A DNA stretch of 64,000 nucleotides from positions 64,001 to 128,000 of the forward strand of contig CAVZZA010000003.1 of the NCBI GenBank assembly GCA_963779615.1, read 5' to 3'. The translations under genes were made by a program, and so were the position numbers. Positions 54,780-64,000 of this stretch are shown here, in pieces (positions within the stretch are counted from its first letter, which is position 1; each line of letters opens with the position of its first letter). The DNA comes from an uncultured Nitrososphaeraceae archaeon. GTDB lineage: Archaea > Thermoproteota > Nitrososphaeria > Nitrososphaerales > Nitrososphaeraceae. The notes under the pieces are model-generated. The model had not been told where the DNA came from. It saw nothing but the letters and a program-made list of their open reading frames with translations, and did not search any database.

Positions 54780-55319
54780 TTGGCGAAAAAGACTTTGACA
54801 TGGGAGAAGATACATGTTGGGCAAACTAGTAGCACCGGTAAAGGACTTTTTGCCAAGGTAAACTTCAAGAAAGGAAATCTCATTTTCACTTGGGAAGGAG
54901 TGCTGAAAAAGGGTAGATTTCCTTGGTATGCAGGCGCTAGGTGGTTACAAATAGAAAAATGTCAATGGATCGCTCCGCTCAGAAATAATCCTGGCTGGTA
55001 CATAAACCATTCTTGCAGCCCTAACTCTGGGATCAGAAATTCCGTTAATATTGTTGCAATGAAAAATATTAGAAGGGGTGAAGAAGTGACATTTGATTAT
55101 TCAACTTCAGAAAGTGAAAACGGATGGTATTTGATATGTCGTTGTGAAAGCAACAATTGTAGACGCATCATAAGATCCTATATGTTTCTATCTGCAGAAT
55201 CAAAACAGAAGTACAGAGATTTTGTTTCCGAATACCTCAAACGCCATAATTTACGTGCTAATTTAGACGATAATAATGGGAAGCTGACTGATATGCCTAA
55301 TATGGAAGACGAAATATAA
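54780..55319 (+). CDS. SET-domain protein-lysine methyltransferase with post-SET
   Basis: GKGLFA, YINHSCSPN, I.RGEEVTFDY, CRCESNNCR. Confidence 0.9.
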   Translation: MAKKTLTWEKIHVGQTSSTGKGLFAKVNFKKGNLIFTWEGVLKKGRFPWYAGARWLQIEKCQWIAPLRNNPGWYINHSCSPNSGIRNSVNIVAMKNIRRGEEVTFDYSTSESENGWYLICRCESNNCRRIIRSYMFLSAESKQKYRDFVSEYLKRHNLRANLDDNNGKLTDMPNMEDEI

Positions 55320-55805
55320 CGCAAAGGACCTAATGATATTGAAGATTATAACCGGTTAGAAAAGATAAAAGGGAATTTATAAGATGTAAGTGTGAAGATA
55401 TTTTGTACAGGAACTCGCACTCATGATATTGCCGGCCACGTGTTTATGTGTAATAATAAGTGTTGTTTTTTCTAGAACGGGATTTATAAAATTTTCCTAT
55501 TGTCGCTGTAAAGTCATTCTGAATTTATATTAATATAGATAATATAATAATTTGAACTTTTTGGATACTGTTGAGGTAGGAGTATAATTATGAGCCTTCC
55601 GATGAGCAATGTGCTAAGGAAATCTTGCAGAAAACTGGAGTCAAACCAATGTTAGCAATAAGAATGGCACGGGACTAAATATGAATGATACAATAGCACA
55701 ATGGATTGAAGATATATCAAGTTAAAATGCCTCATACAATATATTGTCGATGAATTTGAATTATTGCTCATGAATTTAAATAGTTTGCAGAGAATTCAGA
55801 TTTAA

Positions 55806-57194
55806 TTGCGCAGAACAAAAAATATTGAATCTGCATTTGAAATTAAGCATAGAACTAAGTATTTGTTCTACGGATTTATTATTGCTATAGCTGTAGCTAT
55901 CTTGTTTATACATATAATGCTATTTATTAGTGGCGATGAAAGATACATAGGCACAACCTCAGCAGTTTTGTTGGGATCATCTACCGGCATAGCCTTGTTT
56001 ATAATACTTTCAAATCCCAAAAATATAGAAGTTCAGAAATTTAAGCTCGTTTTCTTAGGAGTAGGTCTCTGGTTCTTTGGTGAATTTTCCTACACTTATT
56101 ATCAAATTCTATTAGGTACGGAAGCTCCATACCCAGGCGTCGGGGAAATTTTCTATGTTGCAGGCTATGTACCCCTAATTCTATTTACCTACAGATCATT
56201 TAAGTCTATAAACAGAAACGGAATAATAAAACGTAGGATGATTGCGTTTGTAGTAACATTGGCATCTGTATTGCCTGTAATATCAACTGTTCAAATTTTT
56301 AGCCAGGAAGTAGATTTGCAATCTCAATGGCTTGATATTCTGATTAGTACCATAACTAACTATGGCGATATTGTTTTATTATCTTTTTCGATACTCATTC
56401 TAACGAAGTTACCTAGAAGTAACCCATATATCTATCACTGGATATTATTTACCACTTTCCTGATACTAGCAACCATTACGGATCTCATCTACCTGACCGC
56501 AGCAATCGTTGATGAAGAATTTCTTTCACAAACTGAATTGATATGGGAAGCGTTGTGGGCGTTCGCCTATTTATGCATTCTTGCATCATTAATTTGGTAT
56601 TTCAAACTTATTCATATATTAAGCGAAAACTCTGCACAGTACTACAGTCGATTACTGAAAACGTCAGAATATGCAACCAAATATGAGAACAATGTTTCGG
56701 TCAAAGATAAAGATAAGATTCTCGAAGAGGATCAACTACATACAGAAAAAATACAAGATTTCAAATTGGTCGAGAATCGCATTGATGAAATAATAAAAGG
56801 TGCAAAAGACGAGATCGCTATTTTATTTTGTAATTCAAGTACTTTGAAAATAAACGAAACCCAAAGTATCCTAAGATTTTTGAAGGAAAAAACAAGGTCA
56901 GATATTCTAAAAAGAATTCTTTTTCCGTTGGGTGTAGAGGGTAGAATTATTAACAGTTATAGCGAGATCGCTAACGTACGGATCTTTGAAAAAAAAATGG
57001 AGAATAATAGTATTATCATAGTGTCTGACTTTACTAAGGTGCTAGTAGCTTCGACTACAGATCCTATCGATCCTGATAAGGAAACAGCGTATTTTGTATC
57101 ATATACTGACAACGAAAATATAGCCTATGCATACATAACAACATTCGAAAAATTATGGGTACTTCAGACCGTAACGAAATTGGATGTAGGATAA
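55806..57194 (+). CDS. multi-TM sensor-like protein with cytoplasmic TrmB/PLD-like domain, no kinase
   Basis: ~8 TM with LWFFGE..Y.YY....APYP...EIFY; C-terminus GAKDEI...YITTFEKLW resembles repeats of the 45495 kinase. Confidence 0.7.
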   Translation: MRRTKNIESAFEIKHRTKYLFYGFIIAIAVAILFIHIMLFISGDERYIGTTSAVLLGSSTGIALFIILSNPKNIEVQKFKLVFLGVGLWFFGEFSYTYYQILLGTEAPYPGVGEIFYVAGYVPLILFTYRSFKSINRNGIIKRRMIAFVVTLASVLPVISTVQIFSQEVDLQSQWLDILISTITNYGDIVLLSFSILILTKLPRSNPYIYHWILFTTFLILATITDLIYLTAAIVDEEFLSQTELIWEALWAFAYLCILASLIWYFKLIHILSENSAQYYSRLLKTSEYATKYENNVSVKDKDKILEEDQLHTEKIQDFKLVENRIDEIIKGAKDEIAILFCNSSTLKINETQSILRFLKEKTRSDILKRILFPLGVEGRIINSYSEIANVRIFEKKMENNSIIIVSDFTKVLVASTTDPIDPDKETAYFVSYTDNENIAYAYITTFEKLWVLQTVTKLDVG

Positions 57195-57492
57195 AATCTT
57201 TCACTACCTAAATATTAACTATCATCCCATTCCCTCTTTGGAGAAAATTATTGGTCTCGTCCATGATAGAATCATTCCATCTAAATATTTCCTGTCTTAT
57301 GACAGATGTTGAGAATCTTGTATATAAAACTAAATCGCAAACCCGTATAGGGATGAATATGTCAATCTCACAAATTGAAGACTTTTGCAAATATCAGAAT
57401 TTAATTATCTTGTTCTGCTTTACAAGTTCCTAAATATCTAAATAGAAACTGAAATTTTTTAAATATGCATCATTCGTAATATACTGCAACGT

Positions 57493-58006
57493 ATGAATGC
57501 TTAGATTGTATTGCCACAAAACTGGATATAAGAGAATTTAGTACAAAGAATGTCCCCTCAGATGTAATATCTACAATTCTCAATTATGCCAGATATAGTG
57601 GTAGTGGTCTAAATACTCAACATTGGAGATTCGTAGCAATAAAGACAAAAATAACCTAAAAAAATTGTCTGAAGATAGTACAAGTGGACAATGGATAGTT
57701 GGAGCAAGTTTTGCTATTATATTATTAACAGATCCAAATTATGGCTTTCATCTACTGGATGCAGGAAGAGTTATACAAAATATGCAACTATCTGCATGGG
57801 ATAATGGTGTCGGTTCCGGATTATATGCTGGTATGAGAGATGAGAAAATGAGAAGCGATTTTAAAATCCCATCGAATCTAAACATCTCGTCTGTGGTGGG
57901 TTTTGGATTTCCTAAAAATTCCATTACAGGAAGGGGGAAAAATCGTAAAGCATTGAACGAATTGGCTTACGATGAAGTCAAGGGGAATTCTGATAATGCA
58001 ACTTAG
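57493..58006 (+). pseudogene. nitroreductase family protein, two frameshifts
   Basis: LDCIATKLDIREF...ARYSGSGLNTQHWRF then shifted LDAGRVIQNMQLSAWDNGVGS...GFGFP. Confidence 0.82.
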
Positions 58007-58128
58007 TCAATTATTATTAATTTTTAGAGGACAGATGAATACCCCTATAGAGTTTTGACTATTCCTCATTCTGCTTTTCTTTAACCATTATAAAAAACAC
58101 TTTCAAGGATATGAGTCCATGTAATCAA

Positions 58129-58149
58129 TGGGCCCAAGGGGGTTCGAAC
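58129..58149 (-). other. isolated tRNA 3'-end fragment (acceptor TGGGCCC-A, Ile-like), att-like remnant
   Basis: Minus strand G-TTCGAAC-CCCCT-TGGGCCC-A; no 5' half; same core at 53207-53220 and, with mismatches, 16522-16535. Confidence 0.65.
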
Positions 58150-58301
58150 TAAAAATAATGTCTTTTGGTCTGGGGGATGTTTAAACAACTAAAATGTTGG
58201 AGCTTCCAGTCGGGTGACGTCAATGCTTCTTATATACAAACAAACATCTTTTCCCCAAAATATACTCCTAAACTAGCATCCAAAATACACATACAATGTG
58301 A

Positions 58302-58361
58302 TTTGACCATTTTTTGACCATTTTTTGACCAATTTGACCAAAAAATAATAACTATGACCAA
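58302..58361 (+). repeat. phased TGACCA direct-repeat array upstream of HTH-coiled-coil paralogue
   Basis: TGACC at 58304, 58315, 58326, 58335, 58355; TATTATAAA at 58372-58380. Confidence 0.8.
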
Positions 58362-58409
58362 ATTTTAATGATATTATAAACCATCCATACAACAATAAAC
58401 TATGCAAAA

Positions 58410-60239
58410 TTGAGACATTCAAAACAATTATTGGAATCACAGGTTGTTTCGGATTATTTAAAAGCAAAACCGAGGAACAAAATAGCTGTAGATAATAAAA
58501 CATCTGCAGGAAACGTATCAAACATATTAAAGGATTGGAAAAAAGAATAGGAATACCCAATGTTGAAGAACTGAGAGAATTTGTTGCAGCAGTCAAAAAA
58601 TCCGGTATAACAATTGAACAATGTGTCTAAGGTTTTTAGGGTTGCCCAAATGATGAAAAGATTGGGCATCCCCGTTGATGGCGATGATGATGACAACTGT
58701 AATGACGATAGCCAAAATAACAACAAAGATTTCTATTTCTTTGTAGATGAGATATACTTAAATTGCAAAAATCTAGGCATTCCACCAGATACCATACCTT
58801 CATGGATTAAAGATCTGCTGGATTGTTATAATCTTGACAATACAAACCAACAATCCCTTTCACGGAGTTTAGGTGAGCATGATGATAATTATAATGATGA
58901 TAAAAAAGATCCTTCACTGTTAACCCTAAAAGAGCAGGAATTTTTTACGGGTGGGAACAACAGATCAGGTTCAATCGGAATCAGGAAAACAGATTCCTTC
59001 AATAAAGATTCATCCAATCATTTTGAAACCCATCAATCGGCATCATCGCCTAATAATGTTGAAATACCATTCATCTCCCGGGCATCCAATTTCATTGCAA
59101 CAAAGAAAAAACTATGCGTAAAACTTTATAGATATAAACTGGCCTTAGCAGACGAAGTAAAAGGATTAAAATTACAAAAAGGCAAAGGCAACAGACAATC
59201 TTAATAGCATAATTAAAGAGAAAGTCATGTAATATACTTTATCGAATGGTTTTACAAATTAAAAGAAAAGCTCTGGAACGGGTATTCCATAAGAATAGAA
59301 GATATTGACAGTTTTGCCAAAGTTATTAATGATTTTAAAAACCATAGATATGATGCCTATGAAATCATAAAAGAATACAGCGGTGTGCAATCGGTTAGGG
59401 AAGAAGTGATAATAAAAGGAGGAAGGTTAAACTATCTTCAATGGGAAGAGCAAAAGCTAAATGACAAGATAGCAGCTTTGAGACCTCAACTTGACTATCA
59501 AGCACAGATTGTGAATACATATTCAGAATTGGCGGAAATGAACCTTGGGCTCAAAGAGTTAAAACTACTAATGTCAACCATTACCGAAATAGCACAGGCC
59601 AATAACATCGCCTATGACAAAGCGGTTAGTAAATTCTTTATGGATACTGAAGAACAGTATGATAAAAAACTGGGGTTAGAAAACAAAATAAGTGAAAAAG
59701 TACTGGAGCTTGGGAACATAAATAACAATATCTCAAATTCTCAATTTAGATTGCTATTTTATTCCTCGATAGTGCCAATGTTGACTAATCTTTTCCAAAA
59801 TGGGTTAACTGAAGAAGACATTGTAAATATTAATTCAATATGTTTATCGAATGTTAATAAAATTAAAGTCAATTCAAAAGCGGAAAATAAACAAGACACG
59901 AACAAAACAGAATGCTGGAGGCTATTGAAAGAAGATTTAAAAAAATATGGAGAAATCAGCTTGGCAGCAAGAGAAAAATCAAAGGAAGTTGAAGAAATGG
60001 ATAAAGAAATCCATAATTTAAACAAACAAAAACAGGAGCTCACAAATTATTGCAAAAATGCAAATTCCATTATAAATAATTTAAACAGCAAAATTTCATA
60101 TCTTAATGGATCTATCGATTATCTTGGAAATGAGTTGAGCAATAAAATTAAGGCATTTCCAAGACCCCCACCATTGTTTATTTATTTTATGCATAACAAT
60201 ACAGAAAAATGGGGGGATGGAAAGAATGAAGAAATTTAA
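58410..60239 (+). pseudogene. decayed paralogue of the 39613..41601 HTH-coiled-coil protein
   Basis: LRHSKQ...DYLKAKPRNKIAVDNKTSAGNVSNILKDWK, ELREF, IPSWIKDL, EIPFISR, MNLGLKELK, LFQNGLTEEDI align in order across several frameshifts/stops. Confidence 0.85.
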
Positions 60240-60511
60240 AAAGCAAAATAGAAGTATGTTACCACAGGTATTTGTAAATTATAAAATAAACCAATCGTTT
60301 ATAGATAAAGGCCCGTGCAATAGAGATTTAATATCCGATACCATATTTGGATAAAACAAGATTTAACAATCAAGACATATGGAAGCCACCAATAAATTGC
60401 ATGATCATTGCAATAACCGATCTCAAACATACAAATTAGCAAGGTAAATCACAATGGAATTGCAGATAAGGGATATGTGCATCAAATGATGCATTGACGA
60501 TAACACTATAA

Positions 60512-60943
60512 CTATTTACTTAGGTACCCACGCAACATTCCAATGGTCTTGTCCATCAATGAATTTGACGACCCAGTGCTGTTTGAAGCATTGTTATTCT
60601 TAACACTGTTATCTTGTGGTGCTGTTTGGTTCTGGGTTGGCGCTTGTTGCTGTTTGCATATGCTTTCCACGTTTATAATTTTCAAGCCACCAACCACAGA
60701 GCATAGTTGGGATAACACCTGGCTTGAATTCATTGTGCTTAGGTTGTTGCAGATGCTGACTGCTTGATCCAATCCCGCAACTCCTGCCAAAAATCTGTTA
60801 TCTTGGACCATTTTACAAATAGAAGACACTGCCGGTGTTCCGTTTTGCTGTTGGGCATATGCCAACAATACAGTGTTTGACATTATTATTAGGAAGATAA
60901 TTCCCAGCAATCCAAACGCTGAAGGATCAAATCTTGATTCCAT
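60512..60943 (-). CDS. secreted hypothetical protein with four Cys
   Basis: Signal peptide ending AYA-QQQ; helical core SICK...SICN...LCS...SICK; Q/N/S-rich tail. Confidence 0.7.
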   Translation of the reverse strand: MESRFDPSAFGLLGIIFLIIMSNTVLLAYAQQQNGTPAVSSICKMVQDNRFLAGVAGLDQAVSICNNLSTMNSSQVLSQLCSVVGGLKIINVESICKQQQAPTQNQTAPQDNSVKNNNASNSTGSSNSLMDKTIGMLRGYLSK

Positions 60944-61573
60944 GCATTACGATATTTAACAATATATTTATTCTAGTAACCATCCAACCTTCACCAAAGA
61001 AAGGTATAGACGAATGTGTAGGATGAAAACATAAAAATGTTCATATCATTAATGAAATGTCAGGATTTGCTCTGTTATTACAATGTTTGGACTTCATGTA
61101 ACTAAAGGATTAAAACAGTTTTCAACGCGGCATTTGGGCCTCATTTTAATTTACTAGTAAACCAATAATGATAATGGAATGACGGTTTATTGCAAATCAC
61201 GATACAACCCCCAGTATCTTTCAATTCTATGCTTTTTGGTTAAATTTTTAATGGAAATTTAGACTCTATAATCACTCATGATTCAAATGGCCTTGGTGAA
61301 GCAGATGTGGTATTACTATTTTTTTTAATTCATCCCTCATAATTTTTTTGTTTTGATAAACCCCATCCCATACAAAATCAAATGTATTTTCCCGTATCCC
61401 CGATGGTTAGGAGCTGTCGATTGCTATAATGGCATTAGAAACAGAATCATTAATTTGGACAGTGAAGCCAAAACCACATTTACAGAGAAAAGGTTATCAA
61501 GTGATTGGTCAATGCAGAATCAATCATCATAAAAATATCACGGATATCAATTCTAAAAATAAATATTGTAAAA

Positions 61574-62452
61574 CTAATTGTCGTTAACGGATGTTTTAAA
61601 AGAGGGATAATCCGAAATGCTTGTTTGGGAGGCATTCAAACCGGAGGCTGACGGGTTTTGTTGTTCCTCCAGTTCTTTTTTCCAGTCTACTACAGGCCCG
61701 TTCACCAATTTTAAAAAGGCATTGGCAGATTCAGGCCCAAAGCCAGCAAAATGATTGTTAAAAGCAACTATGGTTTGAGGATCTTTAGTTACCGCTTTCC
61801 CCTTTATTTTATTTATGTTATCAACATATTCGGTAACATCTTTATCCCTATCCCTTACAATCCTCCCAAAGTCATTTTCATCGATACTCCTATCACCGAT
61901 GAACCGTATGTAAATCTGATCAGATGTCACTATTGGAGGCGTTTTTAATTCATCCCTCACACTCCATGCCAAAGATATTTTGTTTAACTTGAGAAAATCA
62001 TATACTTTTTTATTGAACCATGTTGATTCTCTCACCTCCAATGCATACCTATACCTGCTATCCAACCTTTTTACCATAATTTCCAAGGATCCAAAGCCTT
62101 TCTTTTCTGACAAATATGGTGGGAGCTGAATTAACAAGACCAGGATTTTATCCAACAGTGGTTCCAGTGCATAGAAAAACGGATAAAGATATTTTGATGT
62201 GTCCTGAAGTTTATTATCATGAGTTATTACCTTTGGGAATTTTAGCGCGAACTTAAAATCACCCGGTGTCTTGTCCTTCCACCCTTTAACTACAAACCTA
62301 GAGGGAATGTTATAAAAGGTAGAATCCACTTCAACGAATTTAAAGTATTTCGAGTAATAGGATAACCACTCTTTATTCTCAAGGTTTGGAGGATAGAATG
62401 TTCCTTTCCATCCATTATAACTCCATCCAGAACAACCAACATAGAGGCTCAA
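61574..62452 (-). CDS. DUF72 (YecE-like) protein
   Basis: VGCSGWSY..WKGTFYP, VEVDSTFY, FALKFP..ITH, QLPP, EVR, YIRF.G, FNNH. Confidence 0.92.
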   Translation of the reverse strand: MSLYVGCSGWSYNGWKGTFYPPNLENKEWLSYYSKYFKFVEVDSTFYNIPSRFVVKGWKDKTPGDFKFALKFPKVITHDNKLQDTSKYLYPFFYALEPLLDKILVLLIQLPPYLSEKKGFGSLEIMVKRLDSRYRYALEVRESTWFNKKVYDFLKLNKISLAWSVRDELKTPPIVTSDQIYIRFIGDRSIDENDFGRIVRDRDKDVTEYVDNINKIKGKAVTKDPQTIVAFNNHFAGFGPESANAFLKLVNGPVVDWKKELEEQQNPSASGLNASQTSISDYPSFKTSVNDN

Positions 62453-62798
62453 CTGCTTATATTATCATTTTGATGAATAACATTAAAAGAATTACCATTG
62501 TAAAAAATAACATTTGTAATGTTCACGCCTTTTGACTGAATCCCAGTGTTTTTTCCATCTTGTTGATTTTAATTTGTGATGGAATAATCAAGAAAACAGA
62601 CATGTAAATGTAAACTTGATTGAACCTTTTGTTATTCATTCAACCAAAGGTTACAGATCAAGCATAATATGGGGAGGTTTATCCATAAATACAATCACAG
62701 TTCTATCCATGAATATCCATCTCGTTTATTAATATAGCCGTTGCCATAATTCAGTCACCCCAAAATGCTTTAATATACAAAATCTACTTGAATTTATC

Positions 62799-63735
62799 TT
62801 GAAAGTAGGCATTATACTACCACAAGCAGGCCGAATAGCAAACAAAGAAAATGTAACCAGAATGGCACACATGGCAGAGGAGGAGAGATTTGATTCACTC
62901 TGGGTATTTGAGAGGCTTCTTTGGCCAATCAATCCTCAAACCCCGTATCCGGGAACACCCGATGGACAATTACCTGAGGAATACCAGATAATGCTGGATC
63001 CATTGCAAACACTCGCTTTTGTATCTGCAAATACCAACAAGATATTGTTGGGAACCTGCATCATAGACATGCTTTTTCATAACCCCGTCATATTGTCAAG
63101 GAGCTTTGCAACATTGGATATTTTCTCCCAGGGAAGAACCATAGCAGGGTTTGGCATCGGATGGTCAAAGGATGAGTATCAAGCTTCCAACACACCATTT
63201 AACAACAAAGGCAAAAGAGCTGATGAATACATACAGATACTAAAAAAAGTATGGAATGATGATACCGTTGAGTTTAAGGGACAGCACTATAGCATCCCCG
63301 CATCAAAGATAGGGCCCAAACCCTTACAAAAGCCACATATTCCCATATACCTGGGTGGGTTTAGCCCAAACACATTTTCAAGAATTGTGAATCATGATAC
63401 AAACGGTTGGCTGGGGGTTCTGGGAGGACCAATAGGACAGATTAAAGACATCATGAATACGATAAAAGAGAACGCTAAAAAGGCAAACAGGGATCCAAAC
63501 AATTTTCGCGTGGTTCTTTTGACATATCCAAACGTTGTAGAGTCCAATGATGAAAAAAACAGTCAATAGCCGTTTTCCAATGAGTGGCACAATCGACCAA
63601 ATCGGCAAAGACATACAGGAACTTAAAGGTATTGGAATTGACCACATTATCTTTGGGTACAACTTTTCGTCTATTGGTAAGGACATTGATAAAATGATTG
63701 AGGTTACAAAACAATTCTCAAAATTTGCAAAGTAA
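62799..63735 (+). pseudogene. LLM-class (probably F420-dependent) oxidoreductase, frameshift near 63565
   Basis: AEEERFDSLWVFER, LDPLQTLAFVSA.T..I.LGT, GIGWSKDEY, PKPLQKPHIP; C-terminus G.IDQI..DI.EL..IGIDH lies in another frame. Confidence 0.85.
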
Positions 63736-64000
63736 AACGAATCAGCAATGCCATTACTGCTGCTACTGATATCGTACATCCTTCCAAGAAACAATTTTTT
63801 GCCGCAACACAATTATGATATATTGGCATACGCCAATCTATCTCCATTGAGAATTTTTTGACAGGTTATTTTATCAACTTTGGATAGATACTTATCCTAT
63901 TACCATAACAGATGTTGTTGTTTTAGAAGAACTGGTTCTGATAATTGAAAATAGGTTACTAAAGGAAATACCCATTAAAAGTGGGTGATTAAACACAAAA

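Noticed and set aside
50653-58149. Intact tRNA genes
   Set aside because: Only T-arm/acceptor 3' strands are present; no D-arm or anticodon arm upstream
41621-58361. CRISPR arrays at the short repeat clusters
   Set aside because: Units are 5-21 bp without unique 30-40-nt spacers; no cas genes
477-63812. Numerous 60-175-aa ORFs antisense to or nested in confident genes
   Set aside because: Shadow frames with no motifs

Overview
AT-rich archaeal DNA. The gene families (TrmB/PLD-like-domain histidine kinase, MEDS, NHL, DUF763, F420-LLM, many small Zn-finger proteins, leaderless TATA promoters) point to a terrestrial ammonia-oxidising archaeon, Nitrososphaeraceae, probably Nitrosocosmicus-like; this is an inference. 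The window is an accessory, IS-scarred region with no rRNA, intact tRNA or CRISPR array. Main content: (1) a co-directional nitrogen operon at 17.7-24.0 kb: canonical type I glnA plus a split glutamate-synthase-like set (GlxD-like FMN subunit, a second degenerate FMN-barrel paralogue, GlxB-like amidotransferase, GlxC-like GXGXG subunit), a diverged ~320-bp tandem duplication at the glnA/glxD junction and a convergent frameshifted Lrp; (2) two paralogous N-terminal-HTH/long-coiled-coil genes (39.6-41.6 kb intact, 58.4-60.2 kb decayed), each preceded by a phased TGACC direct-repeat array at its TATA box, one next to a tRNA 3'-end (att-like) remnant; (3) IS5 (IS903- and IS427-like), IS630 and IS6 remnants, a perfect IS6-type MITE and many orphan IS6 ends, two just upstream of paralogous ~50-aa LEA-like genes; (4) a disulfide reductase/ring-cleaving dioxygenase/hydrolase/DUF5996 cluster, transporters, a HEAT+SET pair and several small ORFs missed by the ORF track. 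All calls come from reading motifs by eye; no database search was run.
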